Positions 42,804 to 54,425 of a DNA stretch of 64,000 nt are shown piece after piece. The translations under genes were made by a program, and so were the position numbers. This stretch comes from Oscillospiraceae bacterium (lineage in GTDB: Bacteria > Bacillota > Clostridia > Oscillospirales > UBA929). Every line of letters begins with the position of its first letter. Position 1 is the stretch's first letter. A model generated the notes under the pieces. The model made no database searches and was not told the DNA's origin. It saw only the letters and a list, made by a program, of their open reading frames with translations. Location: assembly GCA_031550325.1 (NCBI GenBank), contig JAVBOR010000030.1, forward strand, positions 11,309-75,308, written 5' to 3'.

Positions 42804-43145
42804 GAGTTTTCCCCGACTCACTCCGGAAAAACCCTCTCTGCAAACCGCCTCAGCGGTTTGATCCAATCCTTCGCTTTGACAAGGAACCGGAGCCCTTTGT
42901 CAAAGGGTGTAAACAGAAGCGGTATCCGCGCTCCTTTGCGCAAAACCACGTCGAGCCTGACGGCGTAGCCGGCAGGTCCTTGCTGGACTGGTTTAGCGCA
43001 AAGGAGCGAAACAAGAGACTTTCACGGATTCATTCCGGGAAAGTCGTTCTCCGCGCGTCTTCGCAAAGACGCGATCTAAGCCCCCGTTTGTAGGCAAACC
43101 GAAGGTTTGCCTACAGCCTGCAAAGAACCGAAGGTTCTTTGTCAG
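42804..43145. repeat. Intergenic repeat locus R7 (D-G-A-E-D-B-C-A)
   Basis: G 42841-42860; A 42874-42905; E 42931-43006 (CTCCTTTGCGCAAAACC/GGTTTAGCGCAAAGGAG); D 43015-43046; B 43053-43073; C 43087-43116 (GTAGGCAAACC-GAA-GGTTTGCCTAC, compensated variant); A 43118-43145. Confidence 0.9.
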
Positions 43146-43152
43146 TTTATTG

Positions 43153-44991
43153 TTATTTTGTTGTCAGTGCGTTATAGAGCTGAACAAACGTGACGTCGGC
43201 CATCTCGCGCGAGAAGGTCATTTTGGGCTCAAAGCCCTTGGCGGTGCCGTTCATGATGCCGTTGGCCGAGACGTAGTCAACAGCGCTCGTTGCCCATGAG
43301 GAGATCGTGGCCTTGTCGGAAAAGCTGTTGGCCGGGGCAGCCGACATGAGCCCGAGCGAGCGCACGGTGTTGGCCAGCATGACGGCCGCCTGCTCGCGGG
43401 TGATGTCCCCGTTCGGGTCGAAGATGGTCGTGGACTTGCCCGCTACGACGCCCAGCTTGTTGGCCGCCACGATGACCTTGTCGCTGGTGTCGGTAAACGT
43501 GTTGGTCGAAAGGTCGATGCCGCGTTCGGCGATCAGCTGGTCGAGCGTTTTGCCGGTCACCGACTCCATGAGCATGACCGCCTGAAGGCAGAACTCGGCG
43601 CGCGTGGCGTTTTTCTTGTAGTCGCCGATCAGCGAAGCGGGGATCAGATTATGGGCGTAAGCCGCCTCGATGTGCACGGTCGCCCACGAGCTGGCCTCGC
43701 CGAGCTTGAGGTCGACAGGAAGCTCGCCGGGCACGCGGACGCCCGACAGAATTTGAACGGGACTCATGCGCCCGGTGGCCGAACCGTCGCCAATCGAGCC
43801 CTCTGTGTTGCTTTGGCCCCAGGACCACAGCGTGCCGTCCTTTTTCAGCGCCAGCGTACTGTAGTTGCTGAGTACGGCGCTTTCAACCCCGTCAAGAACC
43901 TTGACAGGAGCCGAACGGTTTTCTTCGGTGCTGTCGCCGAGCTGTCCATAGAGGTTGTCTCCCCACATCCACAGCGAGCCGTCGGCCTTCAGCGCGCCGA
44001 AATGTACGGCCCCGCTAAAGAGTGAGGCAGCGCCCGTCATCTTCAGCGCCGGCTGGCTTCTGGAGAATACTATTCTGGTCTCGGTTGATTCAACCGAAAG
44101 CGTAGCCTGATAAACGTCTCCGTTTTGCTTAAGCATGACGACATCCTGAATACCGTTGACAATGCTGACCACCCCGTCGGCGTACTTTTCAGGTGTTTCG
44201 ACAAAGTCTACATTGGCGGTTGTGGACGTGACATTTAATCCCTTCACCCCCCAGAACCACACGGTACCGTTGGTCTTCAGGGCAAAGGTCCCTATCAGAT
44301 CTCCGGAAACCGCGGCAACGTCGCTGAGCAGCTGAGACGGGGCCGTCGAGCCGCTTGCTCCCAGATATTCGCTCATTCCATAGTATTTGTCGCCCCAAGT
44401 CCAGAGGGTGCCGTCCAGCTTGACCGCCATGCCCTGGTAGATGTGGATGTCCATGTTGCGAACGCCGTCCATGAGTTTGACCGGGCTCAGCCGGTCCCTC
44501 GTCGTGCCGTCGCCGATCAAACCGTTTGCGTTGCTTCCCCAGCTCCAGAGACTGCCGTCCTTTTTCAGCATCAGCTGCGTCTCGCCGTTTGTAGTGACGC
44601 TTTTGACGTCTTTGGCGATCTCAACGGGGCTCGGCCGATCGACCCTGCTGCCGTCGCCGAGGTAACCTACATTGTAACCCCAGCCCCAGAGCGTGCCGTC
44701 CTTTGTGATTGCGTAGTTGGTTTCGCCTATCGCCATGACGGAGATGACGTCAGTCATGACTTTGACCGGGCTCAGCCGGTCGGTCGTCGTGCCGTCGCCA
44801 ATCTGGCCGTAGTTGTTGAATCCCCAGCACCACAGTGAGCCGTCGGCCTTAATGGCCATGCCGCCGTCCAATCCGGTGTCAAATGTGCGCGTGAGGCGTT
44901 CCTGGGGCGCGACCGCGTCCGCGGCGAGGGCTGGCAACGCTGATAACAGCATGAGAAGGGCAAGAACCAGACAAAGTAATCGTTTTTTCAT
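43153..44991 (-). CDS. Secreted RCC1-repeat beta-propeller protein with three C-terminal SLH-like domains (paralog 1)
   Basis: Signal peptide [23 protein letters not shown] (GGAGGA RBS); repeated GSLW.WG.N..GQ(L/I)GDG units; C-terminal ...[14 protein letters not shown], ...[16 protein letters not shown]. Confidence 0.8.
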   Translation of the reverse strand: MKKRLLCLVLALLMLLSALPALAADAVAPQERLTRTFDTGLDGGMAIKADGSLWCWGFNNYGQIGDGTTTDRLSPVKVMTDVISVMAIGETNYAITKDGTLWGWGYNVGYLGDGSRVDRPSPVEIAKDVKSVTTNGETQLMLKKDGSLWSWGSNANGLIGDGTTRDRLSPVKLMDGVRNMDIHIYQGMAVKLDGTLWTWGDKYYGMSEYLGASGSTAPSQLLSDVAAVSGDLIGTFALKTNGTVWFWGVKGLNVTSTTANVDFVETPEKYADGVVSIVNGIQDVVMLKQNGDVYQATLSVESTETRIVFSRSQPALKMTGAASLFSGAVHFGALKADGSLWMWGDNLYGQLGDSTEENRSAPVKVLDGVESAVLSNYSTLALKKDGTLWSWGQSNTEGSIGDGSATGRMSPVQILSGVRVPGELPVDLKLGEASSWATVHIEAAYAHNLIPASLIGDYKKNATRAEFCLQAVMLMESVTGKTLDQLIAERGIDLSTNTFTDTSDKVIVAANKLGVVAGKSTTIFDPNGDITREQAAVMLANTVRSLGLMSAAPANSFSDKATISSWATSAVDYVSANGIMNGTAKGFEPKMTFSREMADVTFVQLYNALTTK

Positions 44992-45132
44992 AATAATTCC
45001 TCCAAAACTAGCAAAGTAGTCTTCACGGCGCGGCCCGCCAACCGTTGCGTCCGGGCGGCGCGTGAAGCTCAAATGTTATTCCCAGATGACGCCCATCGGA
45101 GGTACGCTAAAAAGCCGCCAGGCTCTCCAGCT

Positions 45133-45406
45133 TGCAGACAAAGAGGGCTTTGTCTACAAAACGATGACAAATGATCGGCTCTGTGGAGCCTCATAAAGGA
45201 ATGTTTTCCCGGAGTGAATCCGTGAAAGCATTGCGGTTTAATATTTTGCGGTTTTTGTCCCAGCAAGGACCTTGCGGCTCCGGCCGCAAGGCTCGGCGTA
45301 AAAACCGCAAAAGGACGAGAGCGCGTAAGGTTTATCTTCAGTCTGACGTCTGCCGCCGAAGGCGGCAGACCCTCGTTTTGACAAAGAACCTATGGTTCTT
45401 TGTCAG
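45133..45406. repeat. Intergenic repeat locus R8 (C-H-D-E-hairpin-A)
   Basis: C 45133-45158; H 45155-45192; D 45198-45234; E 45242-45313 (ATTTTGCGGTTTTT/AAAAACCGCAAAAG); hairpin GTCTGCCGCC-GAA-GGCGGCAGAC 45348-45370; A 45376-45406. Confidence 0.9.
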
Positions 45407-45413
45407 TTTATTA

Positions 45414-47222
45414 TCAGTTTGCTGTCAGTGCGTTATAGAGCTGAACAAACGTGACGTCGGCCATCTCGCGCGAGAAGGTCAGTTTGGGCTCAAAGCCCTT
45501 GGCGGTGCCGTTCATGATGCCGTTGGCCGAGACGTAGTCAACAGCGCTCGTGGCCCAGGAGGAGATCGTAGCCCGGTCGGAAAAGCTGTTGGCCGGGGCA
45601 GCCGACATGAGCCCGAGCGAGCGCACGGTGTTGGCCAGCATGACGGCCGCCTGCTCGCGGGTGATGTCCCCGTTCGGGTCGAAGATGGTCGTGGACTTGC
45701 CTGCCGCGACGCCCAGCTTGCTGGCCGCCACGATGACCTTGTCGCTGGTGTCGGTAAACGTGTTGGTCGAAAGATCGATGCCGCGCTCGGCGATCAGCTC
45801 GTCGAGTGTTTTTCCGGTCACCGACTCCATGAGCATGACCGCCTGAAGGCAGAACTCGGCGCGCGTGGCGTTTCTGGTGTAGCTGCCGATCAGCGAAGCG
45901 GGGAGCAGATTGTTGGCGTAAGCCGCCTCGATGTGCACGGTCGCCCACGAGCTGGCCTCGCCGAGCTTGAGGTCGACAGGCGGAAGCGGCATGCCGGTCA
46001 GCACTTTCAGCGGATAGGTGATGTGCGTGCCCAGGCCGGCGTCGTCGACATTCTGTCCGTTCAGGCCGCAGACCCAAAGACTGCCGTCTGTTTTCTCAAT
46101 CATGGTGCTGGTTCCGCTGACAAACGGCAGCGAAAGCACGTCCAGAGACATGGTCTTGACCGGGGCCGCGCGGTCAACGACAGTGCCGTCGCCGAGCTGT
46201 CCGAAATGATTGGTCCCGCGGGACCAGAGCGAGCCGTCCTTGAGAAGGAAGGAGGTCTGCGTCTGCGCGCTGACCATGGACACGACGTTTTCAATCAGCT
46301 TGACGGCGGGCTGGCGCGTCATCGACGTAACGCCGGATTTGGTCTCCGGCGGCGTCTCGATCGTCCAGGCCACGCCGGCGGTATTCAGGTAGTTCAGCGC
46401 GTACAGCTCGGCAGTGACGCCCGTAACGCCGGTCAGCTGCCTGACGGGCGCGGCGTCCAGGGTCACGCTGTCCTTGGCCAGCGTCTTCAGGCCCCAAACA
46501 TAAAGCGTCGAATCCTCGAGGACGGCGCCGGCCAGCGTCTGCCCCAGCGCGAACGCCTTGACGTTTTCCAGCACCTTCACAGGAGAGGTTCCGTCGGTCT
46601 GCGCGCCGAGAAGCCCGTATCTGGACTGGCCCCATGACCAGAGGCTTCCGTCCGTTTGGAGGGCAAGGGTTTGATCGCCGTTGGTGGCGACGTCCAGCAC
46701 ATCGTCCATCACTTTAAAGGGCTCAAGCGGGTTGGTTTTTCCCGCCGCAAGATAGCCGTGGTCGATCCCCCAGCACCAGAGGCTGCCGTCCGTTTGAACG
46801 GCGTAGGTAAACGTCGCGCCGGGCACCACGAGAGAGACGTCCGGGAAAATATAGGTCGGCGTGAGCCGGTGAGCGGCGTCGCCGGTGCCCAGGATTCCGT
46901 TGGTGTTTCTTCCCCAGGCGTAGAGGTCGCCGTTGTCCAGAACGGCAAATGACGAGCGGTTATAGGCGAACACGGCGCGCACGCCGTCCCGCAGGTTGAC
47001 CGGCGAGGGGCGGGCGTTGATGCCGCCGTCGCCAAGCTGTCCATAGTGGTTGGCGCCCCAGGAGTACAACGTTCCGGTGGCGGTGACTGCCAGAAAGTGG
47101 TTCTGCCCGGCGGCGTACGCGTGGCCAAGCCGGTCTGCCGGCGTCTGCGCCGCGAGGCTGTGCCCTGCAAGGGACAGGACAAGTGCGAGGGCCAGCGCGA
47201 TGCTCAGAATTTTGCGTTTCAT
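45414..47222 (-). CDS. Secreted RCC1-repeat beta-propeller protein with three C-terminal SLH-like domains (paralog 2)
   Basis: Signal peptide MKRKILSIALALALVLSLAGHSLA; RCC1-type repeats; C-terminal ~190 aa nearly identical to paralog 1. Confidence 0.8.
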   Translation of the reverse strand: MKRKILSIALALALVLSLAGHSLAAQTPADRLGHAYAAGQNHFLAVTATGTLYSWGANHYGQLGDGGINARPSPVNLRDGVRAVFAYNRSSFAVLDNGDLYAWGRNTNGILGTGDAAHRLTPTYIFPDVSLVVPGATFTYAVQTDGSLWCWGIDHGYLAAGKTNPLEPFKVMDDVLDVATNGDQTLALQTDGSLWSWGQSRYGLLGAQTDGTSPVKVLENVKAFALGQTLAGAVLEDSTLYVWGLKTLAKDSVTLDAAPVRQLTGVTGVTAELYALNYLNTAGVAWTIETPPETKSGVTSMTRQPAVKLIENVVSMVSAQTQTSFLLKDGSLWSRGTNHFGQLGDGTVVDRAAPVKTMSLDVLSLPFVSGTSTMIEKTDGSLWVCGLNGQNVDDAGLGTHITYPLKVLTGMPLPPVDLKLGEASSWATVHIEAAYANNLLPASLIGSYTRNATRAEFCLQAVMLMESVTGKTLDELIAERGIDLSTNTFTDTSDKVIVAASKLGVAAGKSTTIFDPNGDITREQAAVMLANTVRSLGLMSAAPANSFSDRATISSWATSAVDYVSANGIMNGTAKGFEPKLTFSREMADVTFVQLYNALTAN

Positions 47223-47246
47223 TATGTAAACTCCCTTTTGATCAAA

Positions 47247-47279
47247 TCGCCCCCGATCCGCAAACGGAAACGGGGGCGA
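47247..47279 (-). terminator. Hairpin downstream of eno (possible terminator)
   Basis: TCGCCCCCG/CGGGGGCGA 9-bp stem, 15-nt loop; on the minus strand followed by TTTGATC. Confidence 0.4.
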
Positions 47280-47290
47280 AAAAACAGCGT

Positions 47291-48616
<1,326 letters not shown>

Positions 48617-48664
48617 TTAAAGTGGGGAGGAAGCCCTCCCGTCAAAAAAACCGTGAGGCTTGCG

Positions 48665-50185
48665 CTAGCTGACAATCAGGGACACGCCGGTCATTTCGGC
48701 GGGCTTTTCCAGCCCGAGAAGATCCAGAATGGTCGGGCAGATGTCACACAGGCGTCCGGGGTGAAGCGTGCCCCGCGCTCCATACAGGATGAAGGGGACG
48801 GGACTGGTGGTGTGGGCCGTAAACGGCGTTACGCCGTCCGGCTCGAGCATCTGGTCGGCGTTGCCGTGGTCGGCGGTGATGAGCGCAATGCCCCCGACCT
48901 CCGAAATGGCCTCTATGACCCGGCCGACGCAGGCGTCAACCGTTTCCACGGCGCTCTTCGCGGCGCTGAACACGCCGGTGTGGCCGACCATGTCGCAGTT
49001 GGCGTAATTGAGGACGATCACGTCATATTTCCCGTTGTGAATGCTCTCCACCACGGCGTCGGTGACGGGAATCGCGCTCATCTCAGGCATGAGGTCATAT
49101 GTCGCGACCTTGGGGGAGGGGACCAAAATGCGGTCCTCGCCCGGAAATACCCGCTCCTCGCCGCCGTTAAAGAAAAACGTGACGTGGGCGTATTTTTCGG
49201 TTTCGGCGATGCGCAGCTGGGTCAGTCCGATACGGCTGACGTACTCGCCAAAAATGTTGGTGAGCTTATCCGGCTGAAAGGCGACGGCGACGTTGGGCAT
49301 GGACGCGTCATACTGCGTTGTACAGACATACGTCAGAGGGAAGTACCCCTCACGCCGCGCAAAGCCCGAAAACGCGGGGTCGACAAACGCGCGGGTGATT
49401 TCGCGCGCGCGGTCGGGCCGGAAATTGGTGAAAATCACACTGTCGTTCGGTGAGACGCTGGCGCCCTTTACGCAGACGACCGGCTGAACAAACTCGTCGG
49501 TCACTCCGGCGTCATAGGAGGCCTGGACTGCCGAGACGGGATCGGGTAGGAATGTCCCCTCTCCGTACGCAAGCGCGGCGTACGCGCGTTCAACGCGCTC
49601 CCAGCGGTTGTCGCGGTCCATGGCGTAATAACGGCCCATCACGGTGGCCACCTGCCCGGTGATCGAGGCGCATTTGGCCACGGCTTCTTCCACAAAGGCC
49701 TTTCCCGACATCGGCGGAACGTCCCGCCCGTCGAGGAAGCAGTGCAGAAAAACCTTGCTCAGCCCACGCTTCTTGCACAGCTCCAAAAACGCCCAGGTGT
49801 GGGTGTTGTGGCTGTGCACGCCGCCGTCCGACATGAGCCCCATGAGGTGGAGCGCCGAACCGTGCGCCAGGCAGTTGTCGATCGCGGCGTTAAAGGCGGC
49901 GTTCTGAAAAAAGTCACCGTCTTCAATGGACTTGGTGATGCGCGGGAGATCCTGATAGACGACGCGCCCGGCACCGATGTTGGTGTGTCCGACTTCACTG
50001 TTGCCCATCTGACCGTTCGGCAGGCCGACGTCCAGCCCCGACGCGCTCAGCGTCGTGTGGGGACACTCGGCAAACAGCCTGTCCAGATGAGGCGTCTCGG
50101 CCGCCCTGACGGCGTTGCCCGGCCCGTCGGGGCCAAGGCCGAACCCATCGAGGATCAAGAGCGCCAACGCTTGCTTTTTGCTCAT
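48665..50185 (-). CDS. gpmI: 2,3-bisphosphoglycerate-independent phosphoglycerate mutase
   Basis: 506 aa; [39 protein letters not shown]. Confidence 0.95.
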   Translation of the reverse strand: MSKKQALALLILDGFGLGPDGPGNAVRAAETPHLDRLFAECPHTTLSASGLDVGLPNGQMGNSEVGHTNIGAGRVVYQDLPRITKSIEDGDFFQNAAFNAAIDNCLAHGSALHLMGLMSDGGVHSHNTHTWAFLELCKKRGLSKVFLHCFLDGRDVPPMSGKAFVEEAVAKCASITGQVATVMGRYYAMDRDNRWERVERAYAALAYGEGTFLPDPVSAVQASYDAGVTDEFVQPVVCVKGASVSPNDSVIFTNFRPDRAREITRAFVDPAFSGFARREGYFPLTYVCTTQYDASMPNVAVAFQPDKLTNIFGEYVSRIGLTQLRIAETEKYAHVTFFFNGGEERVFPGEDRILVPSPKVATYDLMPEMSAIPVTDAVVESIHNGKYDVIVLNYANCDMVGHTGVFSAAKSAVETVDACVGRVIEAISEVGGIALITADHGNADQMLEPDGVTPFTAHTTSPVPFILYGARGTLHPGRLCDICPTILDLLGLEKPAEMTGVSLIVS

Positions 50186-50952
50186 TGGTTCGCCGCCTGA
50201 ACAATGGTGGAAAAGTCATCGGCCTTCAGCGAAGCGCCGCCGATCAGACCGCCGTCGATATCCGGCTGCGCCAGAAGCTCAACAGCGTTTGAGGCGTTCA
50301 TGGAGCCGCCGTACAAAATGGATACGGCGCGCGAGGCGCGGGCGCCGTACAGCTTGCGGATGGTGGTGCGGATAAACATGCAGACCTCCTGCGCCTGCTC
50401 GGACGTGGCGGTCTTGCCGGTTCCGATCGCCCATATCGGCTCGTACGCAAAAATGACGTGGCGCAGCTTGGCGGCCGGAATGGCGGACAGCGCGGATTTG
50501 ACCTGCAGCGCGATGAGATCGGTCGTGATGCCCATTTCGCGCTGCTCCAGGCTCTCGCCGACGCAGACGATCGGGTGAAGATCCTCTGCCAGCGCGGCGG
50601 AGATCTTTTGGGCCACCAGGGCGTCGGTCTCTCCAAAATACTGGCGGCGCTCGCTGTGTCCGATGATGACGTATTTTGCGCCGGAGTTTTTCAGCATGGA
50701 GGCCGAGATCTCTCCGGTGTAGGCGCCGGAGGTTTCCTGATGCAGGTTCTGGCCGCCCACGGCAATGCGGCTGTCCTTGAGCGCGCGCACGGCGAGGGGG
50801 ATGTCAACAAACGGGACGCAGCACACGACTTCGCACCATTTGGCCTTAAAGATTTTCTGTTTCATCTCGTCGAGCAGCACGCGGGCATCAGCGGGAGTCT
50901 TGTTCATTTTCCAGTTTCCGGCAATCACTGTTTTGCGGTATCTTCTGTTCAT
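50182..50952 (-). CDS. tpiA: Triosephosphate isomerase
   Basis: Start at [19 protein letters not shown] (GAAGGTGGG RBS); [21 protein letters not shown]. Confidence 0.95.
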   Translation of the reverse strand: MNRRYRKTVIAGNWKMNKTPADARVLLDEMKQKIFKAKWCEVVCCVPFVDIPLAVRALKDSRIAVGGQNLHQETSGAYTGEISASMLKNSGAKYVIIGHSERRQYFGETDALVAQKISAALAEDLHPIVCVGESLEQREMGITTDLIALQVKSALSAIPAAKLRHVIFAYEPIWAIGTGKTATSEQAQEVCMFIRTTIRKLYGARASRAVSILYGGSMNASNAVELLAQPDIDGGLIGGASLKADDFSTIVQAANQ

Positions 50953-51050
50953 GCGATAACCCACCTTCTATTTTTCGAAATTTATGGTGCACACGGATTG
51001 GGCTGGCTCAGTGGTGTGCGTTGTCCGCGAAATAACGGAAAGCGCGCCGC

Positions 51051-52241
51051 CTATTTGTCCTCCAGACAGGCAACGCCGGGAAGCTCCAGACCCTCCAGGA
51101 ACTCAAGCGACGCTCCGCCGCCCGTGCTGACATGCGTCATCTTGTCGGCGAATCCAAGCTGCGCAACCGCCGCCGCGCTGTCGCCGCCGCCAATGATGCT
51201 GATCGCGCCGCTGTTGGCGATGGCTTCGGCAACGGCCTTCGTGCCGCCCGAAAACGCGTCGAACTCGAAAACGCCCATGGGACCGTTCCACACCACGGTT
51301 CCGGCTGATGCAATATGCGCCGAGAACAGTTTAATGCTCTCGGGGCCGATGTCAAGGCCCATCAGGCCGTCGGGAATGCCGACCGAGGGGCAAATGATCG
51401 GCTTGGCGTCGGCCGCGAAGTGGTCGGCGCAAAGCGTGTCGACGGGAAGCAGGAAGTCGACGCCCTTTTCCTTGGCCTTCTTGAGCATCTCCAGCGCGTA
51501 GGCGAGCTTATCCTCTTCAAACAGCGAGTTGCCCACGGTGCCGCCCTGCGCCTTGACGAAGGTGTAGGCCATGGCGCCGCCGATGATGATGCAGTCGCAC
51601 TTGTCCAGAAGGTTGTTGATGACGCCGATCTTGTCCGACACCTTGACCCCGCCCAGAATGGCCACAAACGGACGCTTGGGATCGTTGAGCGCCTTGCCCA
51701 TGATGTCGATCTCTTTCTGGATGAGGTAGCCGCACACCGAGGGAAGATAGGCCGAGACGCCCGCGGTTGAGGCGTGGGCGCGGTGCGCCGTGCCAAACGC
51801 GTCGTTGACGTAGATGTCGGCAAGAGACGCCAGCTTTTGAGAAAACTCCGGATCGTTCTTTTCCTCTTCTTTATGGAAGCGGACGTTCTCCAGCAGAACA
51901 ACGTCGCCGTCCTTCATGGCGGCTGCCTTGGCCTGGGCGTCAGGCCCGATGACGTCGGACGCAAGGGCGACCGGGCGGCCAAGAAGCTCGGAGAGCCTTT
52001 TGGCAACAGGCGCCATGGAGTATTTGGCGTTGACTTCGCCCTTGGGACGGCCCAGATGAGAGCACAGAATGACTCCGGCGCCATGCTCAAGCAGGTAGTT
52101 AATGGTGGGCAGGGACTCGACAATGCGCTTGTCGGCGGTGATGTTGCCCGCCTCGTCCTGGGGGACATTAAAGTCGCAGCGAACAAGAACGCGTTTGCCT
52201 TTCACCGGAATGTCTTCAATGGTCTTTTTGTTGACGTTCAT
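51051..52241 (-). CDS. pgk: Phosphoglycerate kinase
   Basis: 396 aa; [33 protein letters not shown]; GGAGGA RBS. Confidence 0.95.
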   Translation of the reverse strand: MNVNKKTIEDIPVKGKRVLVRCDFNVPQDEAGNITADKRIVESLPTINYLLEHGAGVILCSHLGRPKGEVNAKYSMAPVAKRLSELLGRPVALASDVIGPDAQAKAAAMKDGDVVLLENVRFHKEEEKNDPEFSQKLASLADIYVNDAFGTAHRAHASTAGVSAYLPSVCGYLIQKEIDIMGKALNDPKRPFVAILGGVKVSDKIGVINNLLDKCDCIIIGGAMAYTFVKAQGGTVGNSLFEEDKLAYALEMLKKAKEKGVDFLLPVDTLCADHFAADAKPIICPSVGIPDGLMGLDIGPESIKLFSAHIASAGTVVWNGPMGVFEFDAFSGGTKAVAEAIANSGAISIIGGGDSAAAVAQLGFADKMTHVSTGGGASLEFLEGLELPGVACLEDK

Positions 52242-52367
52242 ACCGTTCCTCCTAAAAATACCAAACAGGCATTAATATTATATACGAACGGCCAAAATAA
52301 TACAAGTACAGGCCCATTCGTTTACAATTAATTCACGTTCGTCAAACGCCCCGCATCTATTTGAGAG

Positions 52368-52415
52368 GCTGATGACCAATAAATCCGACCCAAAACCGCA
52401 CAGCGGCGGGTTGTC
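52368..52415. repeat. Second repeat family F, fragment (copy 3)
   Basis: GCTGATGACCAATAAATCCGACCCAAAACCGCACAGCGGCGGGTTGTC aligns to 29441-29490 GCTGATGATTAAACAGTTCCGATCCGAAGCCGCACAGCGGTGAGTTGTC. Confidence 0.65.
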
Positions 52416-52427
52416 TGCGGCCTGAGC

Positions 52428-53309
52428 TCAGGACGAGACCTGCGGCCTGCCGTTGAACACCAGCGCCATGGCCTGCGGGCCGGTATTGATGGCAATGACC
52501 GCGCCGATCGGGTGGCGCGTCAGCGAACGGGGACGGAGCGTCTTGCGGACGGCTGCCTCGGCGCGCGCAATCTCCTCCTCGGGGACGTCGGCGTAGAGAA
52601 GAATCATGTCCTGCTCCTCGGGCTTTTCGGCGTATTCAAGCGCGAGCCTGGCCATCCTCGGCACAATGTTTTTATCGCCCCGCACGCGCTCGATCGGGGA
52701 GATGACGCCGTCGCGGATCCAGAGGATGGGCCGCAGTCCGAGCGTCTCCCCGACAAAGGCGGCCATTCCGGTGATGCGGCCGCTCTTTTTCAGGTGGTGC
52801 AGGGAGTATACCCACAATAACGCCTGAGCTTTCGCAAGCTCGGTACGCAAAAAGGAAACCGTTTCGGCAAACGAGGCGCCATCCGCGGCCATTTGGGCCG
52901 CCATCGGCATCAGCCTGCCGTAAATGATACTGTAGTTGCGGGAATCGAGTATTTCAATCACCAGCCCGGCCGGATGATCCGCGCCGTAGATCTCCCGCGC
53001 GGCGCAGGCGCTGCCGTAGGTGCCGGTGGCCGTTGAGCTGAGCAAAAGGACAATCATGTGTGTGTATCCCTCGGCGCTTTTTTGGGCAAACAGGCTGATC
53101 CACTGGTCGGGGGTGATCTGCGCGGTGGTCGGGATGTCCTCGTGGGTGTAGAGCTCTTTCCAAAACGCGGTGCGTTCAACGTCATAGTAGTCGCGGCGGG
53201 TGACGGAGTCCACGGTGATGGTCACGGGGGCGATATGGATGTCGAAGGCCTGCGCCTGTTCAGGGAGCAGGTCGCCGGGGGAATCCATCACAAAGGCGAT
53301 CTTCATCAA
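52428..53309 (-). CDS. DegV family (fatty-acid-binding) protein
   Basis: 293 aa; MKIAFVMDSPGDL..., SST.SGTY-like LSSTATGTY, typical DegV length. Confidence 0.8.
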   Translation of the reverse strand: MMKIAFVMDSPGDLLPEQAQAFDIHIAPVTITVDSVTRRDYYDVERTAFWKELYTHEDIPTTAQITPDQWISLFAQKSAEGYTHMIVLLLSSTATGTYGSACAAREIYGADHPAGLVIEILDSRNYSIIYGRLMPMAAQMAADGASFAETVSFLRTELAKAQALLWVYSLHHLKKSGRITGMAAFVGETLGLRPILWIRDGVISPIERVRGDKNIVPRMARLALEYAEKPEEQDMILLYADVPEEEIARAEAAVRKTLRPRSLTRHPIGAVIAINTGPQAMALVFNGRPQVSS

Positions 53310-53534
53310 ACGGGGCCTCCTTATACGCGGTGAACTGTAAGCAGAGAAAACGTCACTATGATACAGTAAAACGATTAGAATTTCAAGAGCATTCTTGCCT
53401 TATCATGAGATTTATGAGAAATTTGTGCGTTTTAGACACTTTCTCTTGAAGAATATTCCATTTGGCGCCCGGCCGCGCGCCGAAACCGGGTGCGCCGGGC
53501 GGCGGCGGGCCCGCGGGGCAGCGCGGGGTAAATA

Positions 53535-53563
53535 TTGTATTTCGAGCGGGTTTGCTGTATAAT
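53535..53563 (+). promoter_or_regulatory. Candidate sigma-A promoter for proBA (TTGTAT-17-TATAAT)
   Basis: -35 TTGTAT 53535-53540; -10 TATAAT 53558-53563; ~65-nt GC-rich leader to the GTG start. Confidence 0.5.
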
Positions 53564-53629
53564 GGCGTCACATTTGCCGGTGCGCGGGGCCTTCCTGGGG
53601 GCGCGGCGGCGCGATTTGGGGGGGAAGCC

Positions 53630-54424
53630 GTGAAAAAAGAGAGACGTATCGTCGTCAAGGTGGGCACGTCGACATTGACCCATCCGTCCGGGAAGCTGTT
53701 TTTGGAGCGCATCGACAAGCTTGCCCGAGTGGTCTCGGATGTGCAAAATGCCGGACACAAGGTTGTGCTGGTCACCTCCGGCGCGATCGGCGTGGGCGTT
53801 TCGGCGATCGGACTGCCCCGGCGGCCGGAGGAGCTGAAGTACAAGCAGGCCGCCGCGGCCATCGGGCAGTGCCGGTTGATGCACTTATATGACAAGCTGT
53901 TTGGAGAATATGGCCGGGTTGTGTCGCAGATTCTACTTTCCCGGCCCGACACCGACATCCCCGAGCGGCGCGAAAACCTGCTGCGCACGTTCGAGGCACT
54001 GCTGGAGTGGGATGTTCTGCCGATCGTCAACGAGAACGACTCGGTGTCCCCTGAAGAAATCGAGTCCGCCCGGTCCAAGATCTTCGGCGACAACGACACG
54101 CTGTCGGCGATCGTCGCGCGGCTTATCAGGGCAGACCTCTTGGTGCTGCTGACGGACATTGACGGGCTGTACGACGCCGATCCCCATCAGAATCCCGGCG
54201 CCAGGCTCGTGCCGCGCGTGTCGGAGATTACGCCGGCGCTTCGGCAGGCGTCCGGCGGCGCGGGGTCGGCGCGCGGCACCGGCGGCATGCAGACCAAGCT
54301 GGCCGCCGCCGAAATCGCGCTGGAGTGCGGGTTTGATATGGTTGTGGCCAACGGAGCAAGCCCGTCCCTGCTCGCAGAGATTGTGGCGGGGAAAGACGTG
54401 GGAACACTATTTAGGAGGGATTAG
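53630..54424 (+). CDS. proB: Glutamate 5-kinase (short form without PUA domain)
   Basis: GTG start: VKKERRIVVKVGTSTLT; VTSGAIG, NENDSV, DNDTLSA, GTGGM motifs; the upstream Gly/Pro/Arg-rich part of the ORF (53462-53629) is judged non-coding. Confidence 0.9.
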   Translation: MKKERRIVVKVGTSTLTHPSGKLFLERIDKLARVVSDVQNAGHKVVLVTSGAIGVGVSAIGLPRRPEELKYKQAAAAIGQCRLMHLYDKLFGEYGRVVSQILLSRPDTDIPERRENLLRTFEALLEWDVLPIVNENDSVSPEEIESARSKIFGDNDTLSAIVARLIRADLLVLLTDIDGLYDADPHQNPGARLVPRVSEITPALRQASGGAGSARGTGGMQTKLAAAEIALECGFDMVVANGASPSLLAEIVAGKDVGTLFRRD

Positions 54425-54425
54425 C

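Noticed and set aside
43015-43046. Match of the D hairpin loop (ACGGAT on one strand) to the TwoAYGGAY RNA motif known from gut Clostridia.
   Set aside because: Only one AYGGAY-like hexamer occurs per hairpin and some copies have ACGAAT or CCGGAA. The overall two-hairpin architecture with AYGGAY in both loops is not met. It is worth a cmscan, but I do not claim it.
53310-53629. T-box or other amino-acid-responsive leader upstream of proBA, as proBA is T-box regulated in B. subtilis.
   Set aside because: There is no T-box consensus (AAUUAGGGUGGUACCGCG-like), no specifier-loop architecture and no terminator/antiterminator pair. Only a GC-rich tract and a plausible promoter are present.
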